Shown here: positions 9,601 through 19,264 of the stretch, in pieces
Position numbering within the stretch: the first letter of the stretch is position 1
Layout of the letters: the number at the start of each line of letters is the position of its first letter
Assembly: GCA_046290225.1 (NCBI GenBank)
Contig: JBKAGE010000055.1
Coordinates: 1-64,000 of the forward strand
From: Bradymonadia bacterium
Lineage (GTDB): Bacteria; Myxococcota_A; Bradymonadia; UBA7976; UBA1532
Direction: 5' to 3'
Length of the DNA: 64,000 nt
Notes under the pieces: generated by a model
What the model was told of the DNA's origin: nothing
Databases searched by the model: none
What the model saw: the letters and a program-made list of their open reading frames with translations, nothing else
Position numbers and translations under genes: made by a program

Positions 9601-10684
9601 GTACGGCGTATGCCCGGACGTTGTTGTCTTCGAGCTGCTCTTCTACGAGCTCGTCGGGATCCGCGACGGCGAGCAGAAAGTAGCGCCCCGCAGAGAGGCT
9701 GGGATCGATGTCGACGAGATCTGCAAATGTCTCCCGATCACCTGATCCCAAAGCAACGCCCGCACGGACGCCCACAGGTGCATCACTCGGATCGAAGACT
9801 TCGTCGGTGCTCAGGTACACGGCGTAGCCACCCAGCGCGGCCGGACGATCGCCAATGTTGGACAGGCAGATTTGTACATCGAGCTGGTCACCCAGCTGAA
9901 TCACGGGGCTCTCCCCCGCCTCGAGGCCGTTGAAGGCAGGTACATCGAGGCCACAGATCACGAGATCAGCCCCGGTCTCTTGAGGGTTTCGAACAGCCAG
10001 AGGTACAGAGGCGAAGGCGACGTTGTTGCCTCGGTCAGCGTCACCCACAGCGCCATCAGGATCGACGACGACGCCTACCTGGTAGTCCCCGGACATCAAA
10101 TCGTCGGGGAGTACGACGTCGGTTTCTTGCCCGACGGGGGCACCAGAGAACCCCGCGGCCAGTGGCTGCTGATCGAGGATGATGTCGGAGGCCCCGAAAG
10201 TCTCGTCTTCAGAGAGGAAGACCGTCACCGTCGAGGGGCTCGCCGTGGGCTCTGCCGTGTTTTCCAGCGCCCAGACGACATTGACAGTGTCTCCAGAGCG
10301 CACCTGTCGAGGGCTCGCCGTCACCCCGCTCACTGCGAGGTTGGCCGAGGGCAGCACCACGATGGGCAGGGTCGCACTCACACTCGCACCACCCGCCTCG
10401 GTGACCGCGAGGGTCACCGTGAATTCGCCAGCATCCTGGAAGACATGGTCGGGGGCTTCCATCGTGCTGGTCGCGCCATCGCCGAAGTCCCACGCATAGG
10501 TATAGATGTTGTCCAGCGGCCCACCGACCCGAGGACTCAGGGTCACCGCGAAGGGGGCATTCCCCTCAGGCTGGCTGGCATCGATCTGGACCTGGAACCC
10601 GGGATCGCTGCCGCCGTCGTCGTCGCAAGCAGTGGAAAACAGGGCGATGCAGAAGAGGAACCCGAAGCGGCGGGCGTAGTTCAT
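6653..10684 (-). CDS. Large surface lipoprotein: PKD + about 6 CARDB + 4 PPC (pre-peptidase C-terminal-like) domains
   Basis: Signal ending FSTAC-DDD; PKD motif YAWDFGDG; repeated DL.V...DP...(E/D)....NN; four C.DD..E.N...C...DW(F/Y) repeats. ATG at 10684 (track 10747). Confidence 0.8.
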   Translation of the reverse strand: MNYARRFGFLFCIALFSTACDDDGGSDPGFQVQIDASQPEGNAPFAVTLSPRVGGPLDNIYTYAWDFGDGATSTMEAPDHVFQDAGEFTVTLAVTEAGGASVSATLPIVVLPSANLAVSGVTASPRQVRSGDTVNVVWALENTAEPTASPSTVTVFLSEDETFGASDIILDQQPLAAGFSGAPVGQETDVVLPDDLMSGDYQVGVVVDPDGAVGDADRGNNVAFASVPLAVRNPQETGADLVICGLDVPAFNGLEAGESPVIQLGDQLDVQICLSNIGDRPAALGGYAVYLSTDEVFDPSDAPVGVRAGVALGSGDRETFADLVDIDPSLSAGRYFLLAVADPDELVEEQLEDNNVRAYAVPINLAEPGEVSGVDLVLRSLAVEGERAFWDQTLEGTVALQNRGDADVVRPFVVRIEAVPVADGQSVQVGSLNVGGLASGEESMLTIPVRITRRVEEGDYRLTAVADPTNGVGDVNPGNNRRTLQTVLTLGGEPDLDPAVDAVTFEPTRIDAGGQVVVQITLTNVGRDSTGQVNGLVILSEDAVVGPDAVVLDQFSVPDLAPGMAVPLERQVIIPVDVDQNVVQWRLGVVLDPDDRVVNEGSEANNVLFAPRVLTVDGATGGCAEDAENEPNDRPENAALIAPGDYEGLGACDDADWFVVDVPAGGVLAVNLEWDAAEGLATLDLADTEGEIVQPGQQLAVGQLGLFTVPSEAPATYLLRVTGGGARLQYDLSVAVTPAAEGVDLRVTAVESSPGTVGAGAPVSISFDAVNVGADAAAASEAEVRLAADPQGETGPGGGAPVVLGTVMVPALTGGELARLRADVVVPEATPDGQYFAVVSIDSTNVVEEADEANNLGAGRLRVDAEDSCAADALEPNVSPLEEGGAAAQAGDLEPGSYPDLNACRGDDDWYAVTLAQGERLEASATFVHVDGDLEMELYAPDASTLLDESRSLQNQESVRLIRADVAGTYYLRVFLAGDAPGSNTYQLDVEVRGADACQDDDQEPNDDGEGARILRDGNYDLVLCPGDGDWFRFAIAAGTSVSFSIDPGRAGINLTLFDPEGNQVGQADNRIFHQAEVTGQYRLLIESDDAERRLYALTVGGVSGIDLTLADLRVAPEFTAPGAEVRATGSLQNLRGDLAQNVGVRFYLSRTTPLAEDALVLGDLTVDEVEGAGTTSIRKKLTLPLAVEGGDWHLVAVVDPDTEQPDIRRANNEISVPFTVQDACVDDDARENEGPLTATDLAEAMSPVDAAVICAFTEDWYALPVLASGPVDIGIDFDHDVGDLDLRVYADDGVTLLGESAGEADGESVQIMIEEGDAPTTLLIRVDGFFDAENTYSLSWSL

Positions 10685-10877
10685 GAAGCCTCGTATGTAC
10701 CTGGGGTCAAAGGCCGGACCGGGCGGGTCGCGGGCAGATGAGAGCATAGAGGGGGTCGAGGGGCCGGTTCAAGGCGGGATATCTCTTTGTAACTGCACAT
10801 GAAATGCTTGACCCCCCATATCACGAGGGGATAACGTCGCCATGCCTTGCCAGAGGCCCTTAGGAGGGAGATTAAGG

Positions 10878-12380
10878 TTGAGCAACGGTCAGAAGAAAAC
10901 CGGCACTCGGGATCTCAGCGACCTCAAAGCCCGCCTGGGGATGTTGAACAAGAACATCGGCGGCGGAAACACTCAAGGGGCAGCCTCTTCGGGCAACCCT
11001 TTTAAGCCACAAGATCAGGCGGCGCAGGGGCCGAGCACCCTCGATGTCGCGGGTCCGCCTCCAGAGGCCACTCAAGCGGTCTCCGTGGTGGATGCCCCCA
11101 TCGACAACACCGTCGACGGGGATCTCGGTGGCCTCGAGGAGTCGACTTCGGTGCACGACGCCATCGATTTCGAGCCCGGCAGTGATTCCACACAACAGGT
11201 CGAGCCACTCCAGGCAGCCCCTGTGGCTCAGGCTGCGACGCCGGCCCCCGTGGCGACACCTGCACCGGTCGCCCCCGCACCGGCAGCCCCCGCACCTGCG
11301 GCCCCGAGTGGTGGCTCTGGAGGTGCTGGCTTCAACCCCTTCGGGTTCGGCGCCGCCTCCGATCTCTTCAAAAAGGAAGAGCCCGCGCCCGAGCCTGTGC
11401 AACCCGCACCGGTGGCCCAGGCCCCCGCTCCCGTTCAGCAGGCCCCCGTTCAGCAGGCACCAGTGCAGCAGGCCCCCGCGCCTCAGCCTCAGAACACCTT
11501 CGCCAACCCGCTTCAGATGGGCAGCAACCGCGACGCCGCGCCCCCTGTCGATCTGAGTGCTGAAGAAGAAGAGGCCATCGCCGCCTACGAGGCCGGCGCC
11601 GGCAAGACCAACAAGCGTGTGTTGCTGTTCGTCTCGATCGCGATGTTGCTCCTCGGCCTGGGCTTCGGCTTCATGACCGGTAACGTTCGGGGCACCCGCA
11701 AGCTCGTGAATGTGCAGATCGAGCACGCCATCCAGGTCAATCAGCGGATGATTCCGGTGCTCGATCAGCTCGACGAGATGATCGTGCTCATCGAGAAGCT
11801 CGACCCCAACACCATCAACTGGGCCCAGGTCGAGCTGATCCCCGAGAGCCTGGCCTCTGTAGAGGTCGGCTCGGTGCTCGGTGGTCGCTACTTGTCACCC
11901 GCCCTGATGAACGACCTCTCTCGGGTGCTGGTGAACACCAACGCGCTCTTCAAAGACCTCATGGCCCATCGGCGTATCACCCTGATACGAGACAAGGCCG
12001 CCCTTGAGGCCGAGGCCAAGGGCGACACCTTCGGCCAGAACCGCAATTTCGCAGTGGTGTACTCCCCACCTGATCCCAAGAAGTTCCGCATTCCTCGCGG
12101 GCGTCTCGTGGCCGTCATGGGTCAGGAAGAGTCCGAAGAGGGCACCCAGTTCAAGGTGGCCTACCAGCAGGGCACCCAGAGTACGGTCTCCCCCCAGAAC
12201 ATCGTGGCCCTCGATCGCAATGAGGTGGTCCGCGGTGGTGGCAACAACGTGAAGCCTCTCTACACCGAGCGGGTGAAGGAGCTGCGCAACACCGCCCAGG
12301 CCCTCATGGAGCCCAGCCAGTCTCTGCGTACACGTCTCAAGAAAGAGGCCGCTCGGGAGAAGGTCTCCGAGCTCTTCTAA
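10878..12380 (+). CDS. Hypothetical bitopic membrane protein with Pro/Ala/Gln-rich N-terminal region
   Basis: Strong GC3 codon bias, AGGAGG RBS before TTG 10878, one TM helix (VLLFVSIAMLLLGLGFGFM), helical C-terminal domain. Confidence 0.75.
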   Translation: MSNGQKKTGTRDLSDLKARLGMLNKNIGGGNTQGAASSGNPFKPQDQAAQGPSTLDVAGPPPEATQAVSVVDAPIDNTVDGDLGGLEESTSVHDAIDFEPGSDSTQQVEPLQAAPVAQAATPAPVATPAPVAPAPAAPAPAAPSGGSGGAGFNPFGFGAASDLFKKEEPAPEPVQPAPVAQAPAPVQQAPVQQAPVQQAPAPQPQNTFANPLQMGSNRDAAPPVDLSAEEEEAIAAYEAGAGKTNKRVLLFVSIAMLLLGLGFGFMTGNVRGTRKLVNVQIEHAIQVNQRMIPVLDQLDEMIVLIEKLDPNTINWAQVELIPESLASVEVGSVLGGRYLSPALMNDLSRVLVNTNALFKDLMAHRRITLIRDKAALEAEAKGDTFGQNRNFAVVYSPPDPKKFRIPRGRLVAVMGQEESEEGTQFKVAYQQGTQSTVSPQNIVALDRNEVVRGGGNNVKPLYTERVKELRNTAQALMEPSQSLRTRLKKEAAREKVSELF

Positions 12381-12387
12381 GACACGC

Positions 12388-14718
12388 TCAGGTGTCCTGA
12401 GCTGTCTTTGAGCCAGCCTTCACCGGCGCCCCGCCGATCAACGCCTTCACCCCCCTCGCCATGAGCCCGTCGAAGATGGGCGCCGCTTCATCGACCTCCA
12501 CCATCATTCGGGTCCAGTGAGGTGCTGTCTTGCTCCGCAACGCCAGGGTCACATGACCCTTGTGACGCCGGAACAGTGCCGACCAGCCCACGTCTGCGAG
12601 CACGCCCAGAGCGAGGCATCCTGCCCCGACCCCCGTGATCCAGTTGAGCCCAGTGCGCATGCCGAGAAACACGAGGTAGCCTCCGAGCATGCCGGCGGCG
12701 AGCAAGCTGACCAGCCCCGCCGCAGCATAGGGCCAGCGCATCTGGCGCTGGGCCTGGACCGCCTCCAGAGCCGAGAGGCTGCTGATGTGCTCACGGTGCG
12801 TGATCTGCCGACGGCCCCACGTGAGCTCCTCGGAGATCTTCACATGGGCATCGCTGAGGGTGATCCAGGCGCGACGCCGTAGTCCCAACAGGCGCCCGAG
12901 ACCGCGGGTGGACTCACGGAGAAGGTCCCATCCGCTGTAGATGCCCCACACCGTACGCCAGTACCCTCCAGGACGCCCGATGAGGCGACCGCTCGCCTCG
13001 ACTTCGGCCCCCGTGGTCCCAGGCCAGGCACGCCCGGACATCGCACCATGGGCAGCCACCATGTTGGAAGGCACCGACCAGTTGCCCATACGCACAGGGG
13101 CCTCTTCAGGCTCTGTGACCGGAGGCCACAATGCCTCCTCGACCTCGGCGAGCTTGAGGGCATCGTGTTCGATTTGGCTTTGATCCGATTCGCCGCCCCG
13201 ATCGTTCCACAAGTACTCCAAGGCGCCGAACATGCCAGAGCCTCGAGCGAGCCTCTCGTGGGCGCGGTACACCCGAATCAAGACGCCGTAGGTCGCCAAT
13301 GCCGGGCGCCTGACCCCCGCCTGGTACAGTCGCCGGGCGGCGCCACCGATCACGTCGGCGAAGAGCCCGAGGAAGCTGCAGGCCAGGGCTCGGCGGTGAG
13401 CCCGCGCCTCTCGATCGTCGCCGGCGATCCACCGGCTCGCCTGACTCTCCAGGGCCAGACCGAAGCTGCCCACTCGAGCGAGGGTGCCCTCAGGATCAGC
13501 CTTGATCAACCGAGCGAAGGCTCGGGAGACAGCATCCAGCCAGCGCCGATCGCAGTAGGTATGGCGCAGGCCCGAGGGGGTAAAGGACTGGTAGAAGACG
13601 CTGCACATCTGCTCCAGCAAAGGTCCGGAGATCTCCGGATGCTCTTTGCCGATCGTGTCGTCTATCCGGATAAAGCTGTAAGCCTCTGTGAAGGCCCGGG
13701 CATCTCCAGAGATCGCCGTCTTCAGCGCGTCGGAATCACCTGCCTGTAACACACCGCCGACGATCAACTGCAATACGCCTTCGAGCAGACGCTTCGAGGC
13801 GCCTCGAGGCTCTGGAAGATGGTGTAGCTGACCACACAGATCCAGCAGTTGAGGGGCAGCCTCCTCAAAGGGCATTGCTGAAAGCATCTCGAGGGCGAAG
13901 TCCGCCTCTTCGTAGAGCGCAGGGTAGCTGTGCAGCGCCAGCACACCACAGCTCACCACCGCGCGCTCACCACTGACGAGGAGTGTAGAAATGAGATTGG
14001 GCGCCCCGCTGACGGCCGGCGAACGGCTCAGGAACGCCAGGACCTCGTCTTCCTCGCATCCCGTGATGAATCGCTGCACCACCTCCGCCCGAGGTTCGCC
14101 CTGGTCCATCAGGCGCACGACGTGCCGCATCAGCTGCGGCCACGCTGCGCCATGACGATGATCGATACGCCGGGTGTTCATCTCCAGCATGCGTGTCAAC
14201 AACCAAGGGTGCGCGCCTTCGTCCTTCTCTAGAATCGCTCGTTTGTTCAGCTCCACCAGCAAGCGATCGGTGTAGGCCTCCCAGAAGGCGACGAGATCAT
14301 CTGGCTCGCAGGTGGCCTCGAGGTGTGCTGTGGGCGAGAAGGCGCCCAGGCGCTCGATGCCAGGCAAGAGCCCAACGACACGGCCCAGCAGGCGGCGTCG
14401 ATCGATGCTCTCCAGCGGCCCCAAGCGAATGGCCAGACCATGGGCAAAGAGCGCGTTCACCCCTTCGACTGCATCTGCGGGGGCCTTGGTGCCCAGATCG
14501 AAGATGTCCAGCAGGCTCCAGGGGCCCTCTGTCGTGTGCACCACCATGTCGTCGACGTCGACACCGTGGCGCTGGCCAAAAGAGCCCACCAGATCTTCAT
14601 CGATTGTGGTGTTGATGTTGACCGCGAGGTGGCTGAGCAGATCGAAGACCGCCTCCGCCACCTCTTCGACGATGGGCAGGCCCTGGTCGTCTGGTGGTCG
14701 GCCTGAGGTCTCGGACAT
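12388..14718 (-). CDS. Hypothetical protein, helical N-terminal domain with C-terminal TM hairpin
   Basis: Long ORF filling the gap between genes; two hydrophobic helices near the C-terminus. Start uncertain (14718 or 14748). Confidence 0.65.
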   Translation of the reverse strand: MSETSGRPPDDQGLPIVEEVAEAVFDLLSHLAVNINTTIDEDLVGSFGQRHGVDVDDMVVHTTEGPWSLLDIFDLGTKAPADAVEGVNALFAHGLAIRLGPLESIDRRRLLGRVVGLLPGIERLGAFSPTAHLEATCEPDDLVAFWEAYTDRLLVELNKRAILEKDEGAHPWLLTRMLEMNTRRIDHRHGAAWPQLMRHVVRLMDQGEPRAEVVQRFITGCEEDEVLAFLSRSPAVSGAPNLISTLLVSGERAVVSCGVLALHSYPALYEEADFALEMLSAMPFEEAAPQLLDLCGQLHHLPEPRGASKRLLEGVLQLIVGGVLQAGDSDALKTAISGDARAFTEAYSFIRIDDTIGKEHPEISGPLLEQMCSVFYQSFTPSGLRHTYCDRRWLDAVSRAFARLIKADPEGTLARVGSFGLALESQASRWIAGDDREARAHRRALACSFLGLFADVIGGAARRLYQAGVRRPALATYGVLIRVYRAHERLARGSGMFGALEYLWNDRGGESDQSQIEHDALKLAEVEEALWPPVTEPEEAPVRMGNWSVPSNMVAAHGAMSGRAWPGTTGAEVEASGRLIGRPGGYWRTVWGIYSGWDLLRESTRGLGRLLGLRRRAWITLSDAHVKISEELTWGRRQITHREHISSLSALEAVQAQRQMRWPYAAAGLVSLLAAGMLGGYLVFLGMRTGLNWITGVGAGCLALGVLADVGWSALFRRHKGHVTLALRSKTAPHWTRMMVEVDEAAPIFDGLMARGVKALIGGAPVKAGSKTAQDT

Positions 14719-14861
14719 GGCCTGGGGCTCGCTGGAGGTCAGATTCAATGGAGATCCGGCCTTGAGCCCCTCACGTCGAAGAGCCTGGGGGCCGGGGGGG
14801 CGTGCCGGCTTCGCCGGCGATCATGGCTTCGCCGACTGAGACTCTGTTGAGTCTATCGGCT

Positions 14862-15551
14862 TCACTTGCCCTGAGGTGTAATCTTCCGCGTTCCGGTGTA
14901 CTTACCCCACTTCACCGTGAGGCTGTTGATCTTCACCGGGGTCCGGGGGCGATTGGCCGCGCCGGTGGGTGCCGTGGCGATCTTGTGCACCACATCCACC
15001 TCGTTGCACTGACCGAAGACCGCGTGGCGACGATCGAGCCACTGAGTGGCCTTGTCAGTGATGAAGAACTGGCTGCCGCCGGTGTTGGGGCCCCGGTTCG
15101 CCATGCTCATGATGCCCTTGCCCGCGTGGCGCAGATCGCTGTGGAACTCGTCTTTGATCTCGTAGCCCGGGCCGCCGGTGCCGTTCCCCGCGGGATCACC
15201 ACCCTGAATCATGAAGTCGGGGATCACACGGTGGAAGGTCAGGCCGTTGTAGAACGGACGGCTCGTCTTCTCGCCGGTACGGGGGTCCGTGAAGGCCTTG
15301 TTGCCCGTGGCGAGGCCCGCAAAGTTGGCCACGGTGATGGGGGCCCGGCGGTAGAACAACTCGCAGTTCACGGTGACCTTCTCACCGCCGTTGTCGATCT
15401 CGAAGATCGCCAGCAGATCGTTGCCTTCGCCCTTGACGCCCTTCACGGCAGAGGCCACCTCGGGGTTGAGATCCTTGGGCTGGGCAGTGGCGGTGCCCAT
15501 GGACCAGACGGCGCCGGCGAGGCCAGCGATGATGCACAGGGTACGCTTCAT
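14862..15551 (-). CDS. Secreted cyclophilin-type peptidyl-prolyl cis-trans isomerase
   Basis: [43 protein letters not shown]; signal peptide. Confidence 0.92.
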   Translation of the reverse strand: MKRTLCIIAGLAGAVWSMGTATAQPKDLNPEVASAVKGVKGEGNDLLAIFEIDNGGEKVTVNCELFYRRAPITVANFAGLATGNKAFTDPRTGEKTSRPFYNGLTFHRVIPDFMIQGGDPAGNGTGGPGYEIKDEFHSDLRHAGKGIMSMANRGPNTGGSQFFITDKATQWLDRRHAVFGQCNEVDVVHKIATAPTGAANRPRTPVKINSLTVKWGKYTGTRKITPQGK

Positions 15552-15616
15552 GTTTGATATCCCTCTCATCCGTGCCGCCCTGTCGACGAGCGGTACGCAG
15601 TCTTATCTGAAGCTCC

Positions 15617-16345
15617 TCACCTCAGATCGGTGAAGATGAACGGACCGGTCTTGAGAAACCGACCGACGATTTGACGCCAGATACGTTCAAATGCTTTGCG
15701 CACGGCGCCTACGTCTTCGGGCAGCAATCGGGCAGTTTGATCGCCCTTGAGGATTCGATCGAGGGTCTCGAGGGCCCGCCGGGGCACCGAGACCGCATCG
15801 CGTGCGCCCGAAGTGCGGATGTGCACGGCCCCGCCGGACTCGAGGCTGACGCCGTCGGGATCTCCTCCGGTGACCACGCAACGACCAAGGCGCAGGGCGT
15901 AACCGAGGTGAGCCAGCATGGCCAGCTCCCACAGTGCCATGGACTCCGGTGTGGCCGTGGCCAGCTCCAGAGACTCGATGAAGTCCACCACCAGCCCATA
16001 ACCGTCGGGATCAGCGTTCCCCTCCCGGGCGGTGAGCCGGGCGATCTCCAGCACATAGGCCAGCTGATTGATGCGGTCGAGATCAGTGCGGACCTTCTTC
16101 ACCGCCCCGGCGACGTCGGCAGACTCCAGGGTCTGTAGATCCCGCGTACCTCTCACGATGAGCTGGGCGTTGAGTCGGGTGCCGATCTCCAGGGCGCCCC
16201 CGAAGCGGCGGAAGCTCCTGCGACCGCCTCGAGCAATGGCCGACATGGGTCCCTCGTCTCGGGTGAGCAGGTGCGCGATGATGTCGTGCTCACCGGTGCG
16301 GATCAGCCGCAAGACCAGGGCCTCGGTGGTGAGTTTCCGTCGCAT
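15617..16345 (-). CDS. recO: DNA repair protein RecO
   Basis: TEALVLR...GEHD.IAHLLTR..G...AIARGGRRS.RRFGGALE; E...LAHLGY...L..C.. Confidence 0.88.
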   Translation of the reverse strand: MRRKLTTEALVLRLIRTGEHDIIAHLLTRDEGPMSAIARGGRRSFRRFGGALEIGTRLNAQLIVRGTRDLQTLESADVAGAVKKVRTDLDRINQLAYVLEIARLTAREGNADPDGYGLVVDFIESLELATATPESMALWELAMLAHLGYALRLGRCVVTGGDPDGVSLESGGAVHIRTSGARDAVSVPRRALETLDRILKGDQTARLLPEDVGAVRKAFERIWRQIVGRFLKTGPFIFTDLR

Positions 16346-16375
16346 GGGATCTCCGGAATGGCCAGCGGGGCGACT

Positions 16376-17749
16376 CTACCCCGTGGGGGCGAGCACCGCC
16401 GCCACCATGAAGTAGGCCAGAATGGCCAGCAAGTCCACCATGGTGGTCACCAGAGGCCCCGTGGCCACCGCAGGGTCGATGCGCACCCGCTCCAAGGCCA
16501 GAGGGATCACCGCCCCCACGGTGGCAGAGACGAGCATGCTGGCGCAGATGCTCACCCCCACTGTGGCCGCCAGGGCGTAGGTGCCGGGCTCGCCGTGGTA
16601 GCGCACCAGGGCGAAGATCGCGAGCATGCAGCCAAAGAGCAGACCCAGGATCAGGCCGATGCCCCCTTCCCGGCTCAGATACGCGAGCCCCACCCCCGTG
16701 TTCACCTTCCCCGTGGCGATGCCGCGCACGATGATGGTGGCGGTCTGGATGCCCACGTTGCCCCCCATGCCCAGCACGACGGGGATGAAGGCCGCCAGGG
16801 CCACCTGAGCGTCGAGTTGGTGTTCGAAGAGCCCGATGAGCAAGCTGGCGCCGAGACCGCCGAGCCACGTGGCGAAGAGCCAGGGCGCCCGTCGACGGAC
16901 GTTCCTGAGCACAGAGCCCTCGCCGCCCTCGTAGGCGCTCTCGTCGGCACCGGCCATCTTCAAGATGTCCTCGGTGGCCTCTTCCCGGATCACGTCGATG
17001 ACGTCGTCGATGGTGACGATGCCCACCAGCTTGTTGGCTTCGTCGACCACGGGCACCGCGAGCAGGTTGTATCGGGCGGCGAGGCGAGCCACCTCTTCCT
17101 GATCGGTGGTGAGGGTGGCGCTGATGACGTCGGACTGCATCAGATCCGAGAGCGGGGTCTGTGCGGGGTGCGTCACCAGGGCTCGAAGAGAGACCACGCC
17201 CACGAGGTGATCGTGCTCGTTGAGCACATACACGTAGAACGCCATGTCCACGTCGTCGCCGGCGGTCTGCAAGGCACGTACGGCCTGTTCTGCCGTGGTG
17301 TCTTCGAGCAGCGAGAAGAACTCGGTAGACATGATGCCGCCGGCGGTGTCGGCGGGATAGTTGAGCAGCAGCTCGAGCTCTTCAGCCTCTGCAGGGGCCA
17401 GGGCTTCGAGCAGCTGGGCCTGCAAGCTCTCGGGCAGCTCGCTGATGAGATCGGTGCGATCGTCATCGCTCATCTGCTCCACGATGGCCTTGAGCGTGTC
17501 GATGGGGGCGTCGCTGAGCAGCTGAACCTGCAAGTGAGGATCGAGCTCGGAGACCACCTCGGCGCGGCACTCGTCATCAGGCAGATGGCTGAAGATCTTC
17601 TGTTGCTGACGCTCGTCGAGGAACCGCATGACTGCGGCGACGTCGGCGGGGCGGCTCTTGCCGAGCACGCGCTCCACGTGAGCGTCAGCGCCCCGGCGGA
17701 GGAGCTTTTGCAAGCTCTCCAGCAGGAGCTTCAGGCGTGGGTTAAGCAA
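16376..17749 (-). CDS. mgtE: Magnesium transporter MgtE
   Basis: YPADTAGGIM, CBS pair, EEATEDI, GMGGNVGIQT, DPAVATGPLVTTMVD. Confidence 0.95.
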   Translation of the reverse strand: MLNPRLKLLLESLQKLLRRGADAHVERVLGKSRPADVAAVMRFLDERQQQKIFSHLPDDECRAEVVSELDPHLQVQLLSDAPIDTLKAIVEQMSDDDRTDLISELPESLQAQLLEALAPAEAEELELLLNYPADTAGGIMSTEFFSLLEDTTAEQAVRALQTAGDDVDMAFYVYVLNEHDHLVGVVSLRALVTHPAQTPLSDLMQSDVISATLTTDQEEVARLAARYNLLAVPVVDEANKLVGIVTIDDVIDVIREEATEDILKMAGADESAYEGGEGSVLRNVRRRAPWLFATWLGGLGASLLIGLFEHQLDAQVALAAFIPVVLGMGGNVGIQTATIIVRGIATGKVNTGVGLAYLSREGGIGLILGLLFGCMLAIFALVRYHGEPGTYALAATVGVSICASMLVSATVGAVIPLALERVRIDPAVATGPLVTTMVDLLAILAYFMVAAVLAPTG

Positions 17750-17764
17750 CGCCCGGCCCCAGAA

Positions 17765-18295
17765 TCAGGGGTAGCTGGGGTCGAGGGCGAGCACGCTGCC
17801 GGTGCGCTGCCCTTGCTCGAGGGGCGAAGTGACGGGGGTCTCCACAGCGTCCAGATCGGCCGTGTCGAGATCTTTGGCCTCGAGGGGCTTGGGATCGAAG
17901 GAGAAGAGGGCTGCGAGCACCACAGCGATGAGGGCCCCCACCACAGCGGTGTAACCCCCGGCCATCTTCAGCTGATCGACCCGGTGCTGCTGAGCCAGTC
18001 GCTCCCCCTCGTAGGCGGCCTCGAGGGCTGCGGCCTCTTCAGCGGCGAGGCGGGCCTCGAGCATGCCCAGCGGAATGGCCGGGTCGAGGCGAACCTCACG
18101 GGCGTACAGGCGCATGAAGCCCTTGACGTACACCATGGCGGGGATCTCGCCGTATCGGTCCCCCTCGAGGGCCTCGAGGGCCTTCATGGGGACGCGGGAG
18201 CGGCGAGCCAGCTCGGTGAGTGAGAGGCCAGAGGCCTGACGGGCGGCCAGGAGGGCGGTCCCCGGCGAGGGGGCGTCGACGACAGCGTGGTTCAT
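17765..18295 (-). CDS. RodZ-like XRE helix-turn-helix membrane protein
   Basis: G..L..AR...GLSL..LA...RV....LEALE.....P..VYVKGFMRLYA..V.LD plus one TM helix. ATGA overlap with the upstream TPR gene. Confidence 0.82.
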   Translation of the reverse strand: MNHAVVDAPSPGTALLAARQASGLSLTELARRSRVPMKALEALEGDRYGEIPAMVYVKGFMRLYAREVRLDPAIPLGMLEARLAAEEAAALEAAYEGERLAQQHRVDQLKMAGGYTAVVGALIAVVLAALFSFDPKPLEAKDLDTADLDAVETPVTSPLEQGQRTGSVLALDPSYP

Positions 18296-19173
18296 CGTCG
18301 GATCTCCGGTGTTCCCTGGGGAGCGTGGGCGAGGAGGTGGCGCTGGCAGCGCTCGCCCAGGAGAGACTCCTGAGAAAGGCTGACACACGTCTCAAAGTGG
18401 ACTCGGGCCTCGTCGTGTCGCTGCTGGCGAGCAAAGACACGGCCGAGGTGATAGTGAGGCTCAGCGTAGACAGGGCACTTCTTGATGCCCCGCTCGAGAT
18501 ACTTCCGGGCCTTGTCGAGCTGCCCACCCTCCAGGAGAGTCATCCCCAGGTTGTTGTAGGGCGGGCACAGGTTGGGCGACAGCTGGATGGCAGCGGTGAA
18601 GTGACGACGGGCCTTGGCCAGATCGCCCTTCTTCAGCCACGCCCAGCCCAGGTTGTTGTGCCCGTGACCAGGGGTGGTGTACCGCAGATTGCCCACCAGT
18701 TTGTCGAAGATGCCGATGGCATCGTCCCAACGCTCCAGCGCCAGATAGGTGGCACCGAGGTTGTTCATCGCCGAGTAGAAGTCGGGTTTGAGCTCGATGG
18801 CCTTGCTGAACTGCGCGATGGCGTCCACGTAGAGTTCGCGTCCCATGAAGATGATCCCCGCGAGCATGCGCGCGTCGGCGTCAAGCGGGTTCAGCTCGAT
18901 GCTGGTGAGGACCTCTTGCAGGGCAGCTTCTCCGTTGCTCCCGTTTTCGTTGAAGTAATGTCCGTAAGCGAGCTTGTAGTGCATGCGGGCGTCTTCGGCC
19001 TTCTGCTGCTCACCACGGCCCCCGCCGCAGCCCGCGTTGAGCGAAGCTGCGCCGAGTGCGAGTACGAAGACGCCCCCTCGGGCACGCCTGAGCCAGCTGC
19101 CACGGCCCCGATGGGGGGTGCGAACGCGCTGGCCGAGGTGATGGCGGCCACACTGGTGGGAGCCTCCGTACAT
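18292..19173 (-). CDS. TPR lipoprotein, Tgl/PilF/PilW-like type IV pilus pilotin
   Basis: Lipobox LNAG-C; tandem TPRs (NNLG repeats); Y.TP...HNNLGW; Cys-containing TPRs; adjacent rodZ-like gene. Start uncertain. Confidence 0.75.
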   Translation of the reverse strand: MYGGSHQCGRHHLGQRVRTPHRGRGSWLRRARGGVFVLALGAASLNAGCGGGRGEQQKAEDARMHYKLAYGHYFNENGSNGEAALQEVLTSIELNPLDADARMLAGIIFMGRELYVDAIAQFSKAIELKPDFYSAMNNLGATYLALERWDDAIGIFDKLVGNLRYTTPGHGHNNLGWAWLKKGDLAKARRHFTAAIQLSPNLCPPYNNLGMTLLEGGQLDKARKYLERGIKKCPVYAEPHYHLGRVFARQQRHDEARVHFETCVSLSQESLLGERCQRHLLAHAPQGTPEIRR

Positions 19174-19264
19174 GGGGGCCGTCTCTATCACGCTCACAGG
19201 GGGGAGTCAACGGCGGTCGTGTGGTGAACACCGCCGCGAAAAGACACGCGAAAAGGGTTGCAAT

